A stretch of 64,000 nucleotides of DNA from Clostridia bacterium (GTDB lineage: Bacteria > Bacillota > Clostridia > Christensenellales > CAG-1252): the NCBI GenBank assembly GCA_017444385.1, contig JAFSWQ010000013.1:127009-191008 (forward strand). The letters run 5' to 3'. Under the pieces are notes generated by a model. That model did no database searches. It was not told the origin of the DNA and saw nothing but the letters and a program-made list of their open reading frames with translations. Position numbers and translations under genes: made by a program. Of the stretch, positions 38,601-50,600 are shown piece after piece; position 1 is the stretch's first letter; every line of letters begins with the position of its first letter.

Positions 38601-41600
38601 AGTATCTACTTCGAAGACGGTATCGCGGGCGGCTTGAAAGCCGAGGATATCGAAAGACAAGTCCTCGTATCTCTAATCGCGGGTTCCTCGTATAGAAAGA
38701 TCGAGAATCCCACCGCCGGCATCCTCGCCGAATACGAAGTCACCGCGACTTACAACGACCTCGTTCTCAAAGACTCTGCGGGACAAATCCAAACTTACAG
38801 CGTCGACGAACAAGTCAAGTTCAGAACGGGCAACTTCAACTTATTGAAGTACAAAGTCACCGTCTACGACACCGAATCCGTCAACGACAGGATAAAGGTA
38901 AGATACTATTCGTACGCTTCTAACGACTTCACCGAAGGAGCCGTATCCCTGAACTTCTTCGCGCAGTACAACTCGGACGGCTCTATCACGATAACTTCGG
39001 ACGGCGTTACCGTAGCGACGTTAGGTGAGAACGACGCGGCCTACACCAATCCCAACTACGAAGAGATGAACGTCAAAGTCGAGATCGTAGACGAGGGCGG
39101 CGCGACCTACTACCTGCTCGTTTGCTACAACGACGACAAGTCCTATACTCTCACCGAGGACAACGGACACACTTCCTTCTCGGGCGGTATAGGCGCGGAA
39201 GCGTTCGGCGACAACGTGAGCGTAATGATCTATTCGTCCTTGAAAGACGGCGAGTTCAACGTACTCAGCAACTACGCCGACAAGTATATTCTCAACGAAG
39301 AGAACGTACCCATCACCTATAACACCGTTTCGCCCATAACCTTGTTCTCTTACGAGATAATCAACGGTAATCAAATCCGTATCAAAGGTTTGAAGAAGAG
39401 CGGTATTAAAGACCTCGTCATTCCTTCCACCGTGGACGGAATGCCCGTCACGAGCATTCTCTCGTTGGCGTTCAGCGGCAACACCGACCTCGTCAACGTG
39501 ACCATACCTTCCACCGTCACTTCGATAGGCAACAACGCGTTCTACGGTTGTACCTCTTTAAGACAGGTCTACGTCGAAGGCATAGTCACCGACCTCGGTC
39601 TAAATATCTTCAAGGGTTGCGATTACAACAACCTCGAAGTTTACGGTATCATCTCGACCGAACTCGACAATTACTGTCAACAAGAAGGCATATCCTTCAA
39701 CGTCGGCACGTATTGGGGTTGCTTCAAGATCTACGTCAACGGCGATAACGAAGCGACCATCGCGGGGCTCGTCGATCACCATTGCAACACTTCGCACCGA
39801 TATATCACCATTCCTTCCGAAATCAACGGAATGAGAGTGGTCGGCATACACCGCGACGCGTTCAAGGGTAGCGACGTGGTTTCCGTCAATATCTCGGTCA
39901 AGATACCCAAGTCGGGCGGCGTGGACGTAGGAACCTACCTCATCGACGAGGGCGCGTTCGCTAACTGCGCTTCCTTGAAGTCCATCTACTTGCTCGACGA
40001 CGGTTATAAAGTCGAATTCGCGGAAGGCGCGATCGACAACTACGGCGCGGGACTTACCGTCTACGCTACCGGCGACGGCAACCTCGTCAACACCGACGCG
40101 GAACTATTAAGAGACGCTTATATCTCTGCCATCACGATAAGCGACGTATTCGTCGTTAGCGACGTGACGGGCGGCTATAAAGTCATCGGTCTCACATCGG
40201 AAGGCTTGGAAATGGGCAAGATACGTATGCCCGACACCATCAAGGGTAAGAACGTAGTGGCGATAGGCAACCTCGCGTTCATGGGCGACGTCAACCTTAC
40301 CACTATGATACTCGGCAAGTACGTGACGAGCATAGGCGAACACGCGTTCGAAGAGTGTACCAACCTCACCTACGTATTTATGCCCGATTCGCTCACCGAG
40401 ATAAAGAGAAGCGCGTTTGCGGATTGTACGTCCTTGCGCAGTATAATGCTCGGCGAAAACGTCGAGTCGGTAGGCGACTACGCGTTCAGCGGCTGTTCGG
40501 CTTTGAAAGAATTCCGTATATCCAACCCCGACTGTAAGCTCGGCGAAAAGATATTCGACGGAATCAAGGGCAATATCGACTTCGTTGAAGTTCCCTCTTC
40601 CGCAAGCAAGCTTTACACCTACTTCCGCAACAATTACAGCACCAAAGCGAAGTATATAGAGAACCTCTCCACCGCAGTCAAGTACAGAGAATGCTTCACT
40701 TACGAAGTGGTACTCGACGACGACACCTACGGCGACTATATCATCATCACCGGTTTGAAGACCCACAGCGGTTGCGCGGTCGGTAACCACAAGAACGTTA
40801 TCATACCCGCGTACATCGGCGGACTTCCCGTCAAGATGATCCAAAGAAGAGCGTTCGCGGGTAACACCGTGATACAAAGCGTTATCGCCGAAGTGGGCGA
40901 AGGTCTTATCCTCTACGAAGGCGTATTCCAGAACTGCGTGAATTTGGGTAGCGCCGACCTCGGCAAAGTGCAACAAATCTATATGTACGCGTTCAAGGGT
41001 TGCGGCAACCTTGCCAGCGTATCCTTGTCGCTTATGAGCAATACCGTCCTCGGTAAAGCCGACGACGCGGACGATCAACGTATCGCCGAAGTCTTCGAAG
41101 GTTGCACCAACCTCAAAGAGATAGTCATCGACGACTCTTACGTTAGCGCGTCGCGCGTGCGTTATTATTCGAAGAACGGCGCGGTCTACGACAAGAAGAA
41201 CACCTTACTACTTTGCTACGACCTCTCCACCGATACCTTCGCCCCCGACAACGCGGTGGCTATCGCTAACGGCGCGTTCACGGGTTGCGGCAAGATAAGA
41301 ACTCTCGTTCTTCCCGCTTCGGTCACCGTATTTAATACGTCGGTACTCTTCGATAACGAGGGCAACCTCATACTCACAAATCTCTCTAAACTGTACGTCA
41401 ACGCCGACAGAATGCAAATAATCGGCGCGGATAAACTCGCTAACGTGGAAGTTTACTATCCCATCGACTGCGAGCCCGTCACCGACAGTCCTTTGGTAAG
41501 CACCTTCGAATACATACCTCAACGTTACTTCGACTTCAATTTGAGAGTTGAAGACCTTACCGACGGCTACGTTTACGTTCTCAACGGCGTGAATTACGTC

Positions 41601-44600
41601 TACTCTCAAGCGGTTTCCGCTTGGGTGGAAAGCACGGGTAATTACAGCGTGCTTTTGGCTGACGCGTACTTCAAGAACAACTATAACGTATTTACCAAAC
41701 TCGGCGAAGACAACGTTTACTACGTTTACGCTAACGGCGAATTTACCTCGGTGTCCATCACCTCGGATATGATTTCCGAAACTCAAAAGATGTACACCAT
41801 CTATCCTATCGCCAATATCAACAAGCTCATCGAAGTCAACGTCGTCAACGGTTTGGTCTACTACAAGAGCGACCTGCTCTCGTCGAGAAATCAATACAAC
41901 GACGTTTACGTCAAGTATTCCGCGATAATAAGAAACGGCGACCGCGACCTCGTATCCGTGGTTTACGTCAACAGGGGCAACGGTCTCGCTTACTCCTTCG
42001 ACGAATCCACCGCAAGCTTCGTCAAGGTGAACGGCGACGCGTATCTCTTGCATAACGCGCTCTTGCTCGAATCGGATTCCTTCCAATACTATATCCGCAC
42101 CGAAGACAACGCTCTCATCAGCGCGAACGCGGAAGGATTGGGACTTATCTATGACGTTTACGCGAACGGCGAATACTACTATCTCAACGAGAATAACGAC
42201 TTCGTACTCGCCACCGTCATAGCCGACGTGGTTTACGATAACGGCGAGGCTGTGTCCGTAATGGGCGTACCCGTAAGACCTCAAGATCTCTACTTGCGTA
42301 AGTTCGCTCACGTCAAGAGCGGCGTAGAACGCAACGTTTACGCTTACGTCAAACTCTCGGATAACTCGGTATATCTCTACGAGGCGAAAGGCGCGGCAAC
42401 CTTGCTCACCGAAGAATACGACTTGTACGAGATAAAGAGCGTACTCACCGGTCAAACGCAAGGCGCGATAGTTTCGGTCAAGAACGTCAACGATACCGAT
42501 TGGAACAAGTCGGTTTACAGCGACGACGTCAAGATACCCGACTTCGCGTATATCAACGGCGTAAGCTATCCCGTCGTCGAGATAGGTTTGAGAGGTTTCA
42601 AAGACAGTAAGGCGACCAAGATAACCGTCAGCGGCAATATCGCCACGGTAGGCGACCACGCGTTCGAGAATTCTTCCAAGCTACAAACCGTTGAATTCAA
42701 GAACAGCGTCACCACTTTGGGCGACAACGTATTCGCGGGTTGCAACGCTTTGAAGACCGTCAACATCGGCGAGAACATCAACAGCATTGACGGCAATATG
42801 TTTACCGAAAGAGCGTACGTCCTCGACAACGACGGCAATATCAACGCGGCGACCGACCTTACCGTTATCGTAGCGGTGAACAACCAAACCTTCGAGAACG
42901 ACTCTTCGGATTATATGATCCGCAGCAAAGACGGCAGCGTGCTTTACGCTTACTACGGTATCGGCGGCGAGAACGGCGCGGATAAGGGTACGGTCATCAT
43001 ACCCGAAGGCGTGAGCGTCATCAAGACGGGCGCGTTCCGTTACGCTACCTTCAAGCAAGGCACCTCGACCAACAACATTACGACCATCATTCTTCCCACC
43101 ACTCTCCGCGAAGTCGAGATAGGCGCGTTCGACAATATGCCCGCGCTTACCAAGGTTATCTTCCGCAGCGCGGTTAAGGCTCTCGAGTACGACGATGAGG
43201 AAGAAGAATCGGTATTCAAGACCACCGCCGAAAACTTCACCGTCTACGGCATCGAAGACAGCCTCGTCGAAGAGTATTGCGACGATCACGATTACGCGTT
43301 CCGCGCGTACGTATCCGAAGATACCTTCGTCGCCGAAGCGTTCAAGAAGAACGGCAACTGGTACGCGAGAATACTTTCGGTCAATCCCGAAAAGATCAAG
43401 CGTAACCTCTTCCTGCCCGACAAACTCACCGTTACCTACGACAAGGACGGCGTTTATACCACCGAAGAATTGAGAGTCCTCGAAATCTCTTCCGCGGTAT
43501 TCTACGGCTTGTCGAGTATTGAAAGAGTCATCATTCCCGCTACGCTCACCGATATAGGCAACAACGCTTTCGCGGAATTGCGCAACTTGAAAGAGGTCAT
43601 CGTATTAGGCGAAAACGAACTCTCGATCAAGAACACCGCCTTCGCGTACAGCGAAAAGCTTACCGGCTTCTACGTCGAGGAATACAAGACCATCGTATTC
43701 GGTAAGAACGTCTTCAAAGGCTCGAATTCCAACCTCGTCGTTTACTGCGTATCCGACGCCGCCGACAAGATGAGAAACTTGGGCGAAGACGTGGTTACGA
43801 GCGTGGTCGACAAGGCTTCCGCGTTCACGGTATCCAACATCAACGATAACGTGACCTCTATCGTAGGCTTCCAGAACGGCGCGATAATGGCGGGTTCGGT
43901 CGTCGACGGCGATATGGCGATACCCACCTACATAGGCGGCGCGAAGGTCGTCAAGATTGCCATCACCGGCACCGAAAACGGACTTAACAAACAAATAGAC
44001 TCTATATCCATTCCTTCTTCGGTCACCGAGATAGCGGCGAACAGCTTCAAGAATTCCAAGATCAACGAGATAGTCATTCCCGCTTCGGTCACCAAGATAG
44101 GCGATAACGCCTTCTTCACCAACTACCTCACCGCCGAAATTAAGAACGAGTTGAACGTCTACCTCGAAAGAGATATCGAGCTTGGCGAACACGCGTTTGC
44201 GGCTCAAAGCACGATAGGCGGCAAGGTAACGAAGGGAACCGTCAACTTCTACGTACCCAAGAACGTACCCAACGTTTCCGCGTACGCCGAGAGCTTGAAG
44301 GCGGAAGGCTATACAGTAAATATGAACTACTATACCGAGACCTCTTGCTTCGAATATTCGGTAGTCAACGGTCTCGAAGTATCCATCGACGGACTCACCG
44401 AGGAAGGCAAGTGGCTTACCAAGATAGTCGTACCCAGATATATCGACGGTAAGAAAGTCACCGCGATAGGCGACGGCGCGTTCGCCCATAACGTCGCGCT
44501 CTTGAAATTGAGCTTGCCCGAAGATCTCACCGCGATAGGCGACTACGTATTCGTAGGAACCTTTATGGACGTCAACGAAGAAGTCATCTCGGCTTCCGTC

Positions 44601-47600
44601 GAGACCGGCTTGCTTGACGTAGGCGATTACGCGGGTAGCATAGACAAGTATCAAGAAGTCGTCTTTAGAGGCAACAGTAGATTCCAACTCAAAGTCGACG
44701 ACAACAACGCGAGATACATTACCAATAAGTATATGCAAGGCTCGGGCGACGCCGAATACCTCTATGCGGTACTCGCTTCTTCCACCGCCGAAAACTTCGA
44801 GATCTCTTCCAATATCGAATACGTCGCGGCGGGCGCGTTCGCAGGGTCTAACATCAAGACCTTCTCGGGCGACGTGGATAACGGACACGGCTATCAGATC
44901 GTAAGTTACAGAAGAGTCGCCGGTCAACCCATCTACACGATGCTCGTCCATAACGACGTCGAACTCGTCGCGGTATTGTCCGACGCTTACGACAACGCTA
45001 ATCCCACGCAACTCACCTTGCCTACGGGTATAACCACCATTCTTCCTTACGCTATGTACGGATATCAAAATATAAGAGTTACCACCTTGCAACTGGGCGG
45101 CTCTCTTACCGACATAGGCGAAGGCGCGTTCGAGAACGCGAAGTACATAACCACCTTCGCGATAGATCCTCAAAGCGCGATCTACACGATAAGAAGCCGT
45201 ACCTTCTACGGTTGCGAAAGTATGGCGACCATGCCTTTGATCAACGCGTTGAAGACCATCGGCGCAGACGCGTTCGCTCAAAGCGGTCTTACCGATATCA
45301 GCAACCTGCCCGAATTGTTGTTCGTCATTTCGGACGGCGCGTTCCGCGGTTGCGATAAGCTCGTTGAGATCGAGATACCCGATAACGTCACCACGATAGG
45401 CGCTTACGCGTTCGCGGATTGTTCCGCGCTTACCACCGTCACCATTCCCGACGGCGTCATTAAACTCGGCGAAGGCGCGTTCTCGGGTACGTCCATCACT
45501 TCGGTCATCTTACCTAAGGGCATCAACGAAATACCCGATTACCTCTTCTACGGCGCGTCCGGCCTTGAAAGCGTTACCGTTTACGGCGACGTTTCGAGGA
45601 TTGGCGATTACGCGTTTGCGGGAACCGAGAAGCTCACTTCCATTCCTTCCAACATCGGCGTATCCGTCGCCAAATTGGGCGTAGGCGCGTTCCGGGGCAG
45701 CGGTATCCGTTCTATAACCTTAGGCAACCGCGTCACCGAAATTCCCGAGTCCTGCTTCGAGGATTGCGTATATCTCACCAACGTGGATCTTCCCAGCTCG
45801 ATAAGAGTCATCGGCGACTACGCGTTCAGAAATTGTAACGGTAGAAGAGATATCGAAGGATTAGACGTGGTTTACGTCGTGGACAACAAGAAGTCCGAGA
45901 TAACCTTGACCGACGGCGAGGGTTACGAAGATACCGCGGTCATCACCACCAGCAAGAGCAAGTTCACCTACGTCGTAGTGGACGGCTACCGTATAAGAGT
46001 AGTGGGCGGTAAGATAACCGTCAACGATAGAACGGTGGCGGCTTCCTCGACGACAGTCGACGGCGTGACCGTAGTCACCTCTCGTTACAACGGCTTGACG
46101 ATAGTTTACTCGGCGGGCGTTTTGAGAGTATCGGGCGGTAAGACCGTCAACCTCAGTAACGGTATCACCGAAGTACAATTCGGTATCAACGTTTACGAGT
46201 TGGGCGCCGAAGCATTCGCGAATTGCGCTTTGAAGAGCGTACTCATCGCGGACGGTATCGAGATAGTAGGCGAGAACTGCTTCAAGAGTAACTCTCAAAT
46301 GGAAAGCGCCGAGATCGGCAGCAGTTTGAGAATATTGGGTCAAGGCGCATTCAGCGGCGCGACCAGCTTAACCATAATCAACGTTTCCAGCCGTAACAAC
46401 AAGTTTACGAATATGGACGACGGCATTCTCTTCGAGAGAGAAACCAACTCGGACGGCGTTTACACGGGTAACGTAATATTGAAGGTATATCCCGCGGGTC
46501 TCATTCCTTCGGGCACCGATAGAATGTACACCCTTCCCGCGAACACCGTAAGCATTGACGCCAACGCGTTCGAGTACAGCTCGCTCATCACCGTCAACGT
46601 TCCCGCAAGCGTCAAGAGAATAGGCGACAACGCCTTCGCAGGCGCGACCGACCTCGTCAACGTATTCTTCGACGGCGACCTCGATATCTCGGAAGATCAG
46701 GATATCTTCGCAAATATCGCGGTCAAGTCCTTCGCGGACGATAACGGCGAATTCGTCAAAGTGGAAGACGAATATCTACTTCCCGTCAAGGCGTTCGTAC
46801 GCGACGCGGAAGGCGGCTTCGTCAAGACCGACGACGGCTTCGTTCCTTACGAAGAGGGCGAGGCTACCCGTTATTCTTACGCGACCTTCGTCAAGTACTA
46901 CGCGGGCGAATACGTCCTGACCGACAACGAGATGATACTCGACGGCGAGGGCGAAGAGCGTTATACTATGCTCACCGGCGAAGAGCAACGTTACACGATA
47001 ACCAACCTCATCATCGACTGCGCGTATAACAGCAACATTTACAACTACTGCGTAAATCAAGGTTACACCTGCCTGCCCTTCGGCGACGACGTTTCCTCGG
47101 TGACCGTCGCGGGCATCATTTGCGTACAACACACCGCAAAGACCTGCTTCGATATCGAGGACGGCGAGTATATCACCATAAAGGGATTGAGCGGTAACTG
47201 CGAATGCGCGGATCATTCCACCTTGGTAATGCCTACCTTCATCAACGGCAAGGAAGTAAGGACGATATCCGACTTCGCGTTCGCTAACGCGGGCGTGACC
47301 ACCTTCGCTTTGGGTAGATACGTCAACTATATCGGCACGGGCTTCCTCTACGGCAACAAGATAGAACGCTTGTACGTAGTGAGCATACCCAACGTGGAAT
47401 TCGATCCCGTCCTCTCGCCCAACAAGTATTCCGCTAACACCGTATTCACCGTTACCGAAAACGATGAAGAGGGTTACGCGTATATGTCGGGCAACGTCGG
47501 CGGCGATCAAACCATTCTCGTTTACGCGTCCTCGTCCACCGCGGCGGAATTCGTAATACCCGAGAAGATCAAAGTTATAGGCTACGGCGCGTTCGCGAAT

Positions 47601-50600
47601 AACGACTACTTGAAGAACGTCATAATACACGACGAGATAAGAGCGATATCCGATTACGCGTTCGCTAACGACAAGGCTCTCGTAGGCTCGCCTTCAGACG
47701 AAAACGGCAAGCGTTCGGGCTTCTACCTCGGTAAGCGCGTAGAGAAGATAGGCGTAGGCGCGTTCGAAAACGACGACAAACTCCTCGCCGTATTCGGCTA
47801 CGACCTCGAAGAGATAGAGTACAGAGCGTTCGCGGGTTGTACTTCGTTGAACGAGATCGCTTGGGTCGTCGAGACCGAAGAGGGTTACGACTACGTTTAC
47901 TCTATGGGTAAATACGTATTCGATTACGATAATTCGCTCTTGTACGAGAAGACGGGCGAGAATTGGAACTTGCACACCTTCCTGTCGAGTTCCGCTCTCT
48001 GCGTAAACGGCGCGGCGGTACTCCCCGAACGCTTCGGCGAAACGGTTATCGGCGGTATTTGCGACTATGCGTTCTACGGCTCTTCGTCCAAGATACTCTA
48101 CGTAGTCGTTCCGTATAACCCCGAACGTAAGAGCGTGAGCGTAGGTAGATACGCCTTCTACAACACGAGCATTGAAGAAATTCACTTCGAGGGCGACGTT
48201 TACGCAATGTACTCCGACGAAGAAGTATTCGACGCCGACGTTAAGGTCTACCTGCCCTTCAAGTCGCCTATAACGGCAAATATGAAGAAGTTCGGCGTCA
48301 AGTACAAAGAAGTATCTTCAAGAGACGACCTTACTTATCAAACCAATAATATCGCGAATACCGTTATCATTACGGGATTCAATACGAGCGTACAACTCAA
48401 ATCCACCGCTCTCGTTGTTCCTTACTACGTGAAGGGACTTAAAGTGGACGGCATCACCGACGGCTTCGCGGGTTCGCCTTTGCTTACCTCGGTCGAGTTG
48501 TTCGACAATATCGGCGAATTGCCCGAAGGCGCGTTTGCGGGTTGCGAGAACCTCGTTTCCGCGGATATCTCCAAGATACTCGTCGACGCGATACCCGACC
48601 GCTTATTCAAGGATAGCGTTTCTCTCGCCTCCGTCAAGTTGTCGCCTTACGTCCTCGATATAGGCGTTATGGCGTTCAAGGGAACGGCGTTGACCGAAAT
48701 GCCCGCCGTGAGAAATCTTGAAAACATTGCCGCGGGCGCGTTTATGGATACTAATATCGATAGCCTCTCGCTTCCCAACACCTTACTCACGATAGGCGAC
48801 TTCGCGTTTATGAATATCGGCGAGATAGAAGAACTCAATCTGCCTTCCTCGTTGGTAGAGATAGGCAAGAACGCCTTCTCGGGTAACGCGACCTTGCTCT
48901 ACGTTTGCTTCCAAACCGACGTCGAGACCATCGCGGGCTTCTACTGGGACGAAGACGCGGGCGAACTCAAAGCGAGAGAGGACGGCGATCTCGAAGCGAT
49001 AGTGGACTACGACGAAGATATCATCGTCAAAGTTCCTTCTAACGCGATAACCGTCGTCAATTACTTCAAAGCGCTCGGCTATCACGACGCGGCGGACGTA
49101 CTCATCGACGATACTCTCATTCAAAACTTGTTCCTCTATACTCCCGCTTCCTGCTTCGAATACGAGGATTACGAAGACGGCTTGAAGATAGTTGGAATGA
49201 AGTCGGACGAGAGCCACGTTATCGGCGAGTGCGAATACTGCAAGAACGCTATCTACTTCCCCGACCAAATCAACGGTAAACCCATCTACGCGGTAGGAAG
49301 CGACTTCCATACGAGCGTAAGCGACGACGTTGCCTTCATCGAATTCAACACCGATCTCAAATTCATCGAAGACGACGCGTTCAGAGGTATGACCTCGCTC
49401 GCTAACGTCGTATTCGGTACGAGAGGATTAAGCTACTTGATGAGCATAGGTAAACGCGCGTTCATGGGTACCTCGCTCACCTCGCTCACCACTCCTTCTC
49501 ACGTCCTCGTGAAAATCGACGACTTCGCGTTTGCGGGCGTTCAATTGACTTCGGTCAATATCAACTCGGTCGTAGTTATCGGCGAATACGCCTTCGCTAA
49601 CGTAGAGATAGACGGCGAGAACAACGTCACCGCCGAATTCGCGGGAGTCCTTAATTCTCTCAGCGTTTACTTCGATTCTAACGGCGAGATCAGAACGGGC
49701 GCGTTTATGAACAACCTCTCGCTTACCACGATGTACCTCAACAACGGTATAACGAGAATCGGTGACAAGGCGTTTATGAATTGTAACCTCTCGGCTTTGA
49801 AGTCGACCAACCTCGGTATGGATATTGAGTATATCGGCGACCTCGCGTTCGCGAATACCAAGATATCCTTCGTGCCCGATCAAGTCGAGTACGTGGGCAA
49901 GTTCGCGTTCGCTCGCGGTTATGCGGACGGCAACGCGGTCTTCGACGGCGTAGTCACCTTGAAGTCGGTCACCTTGAAGAAGGTAGTAAGCATAGACGTA
50001 GGCGCGTTTGCGGGTACGAGTTTAGAGTACCTCAACCTGCCCGATACGTTGACTTACTTGGCGGCTCCCGATTACAACGGCGACGTCGAGATCCTCGGCG
50101 CGATAGAAAATACGCCTTCTCTCAAATACGTCACCGTAGACTCTAACGATAACTACAAGGTCGTCAAGGGCGCGATATTCCACATAGACGGCGAACGCGC
50201 TACCTTGATAGGCTATCCTCGCGACTTCGCTAACGCGGACGCGAAGTACCTCAAGTCCTTCAAGACCTATCGTGACGAGCCTTACCTCATCATCAACAGC
50301 GGCGTTGCGGTCTCCGCGGCGGACGGTATTGATATCGGCGTAAGAGCGTTCGCTTACACTCAAATAGACAGCGTAATGCTTTCGAGCAGTTACTACACGA
50401 TAGGCAGAAACGCGTTCTATAACTGTAAGGAACTCGATTACGTATTCCTTACCAACTCTTCCGTTGAAACCATAGGCGACTACGCGTTCTACGGTTGTAC
50501 CGAACTCGTCGACTGCCACGAAACCGGCGATCACGAACTCAACTATCAATGCGCGAAGAACAAAGAGAATTACGGCGTTTGCAACGGCTACTCGGCGTTC

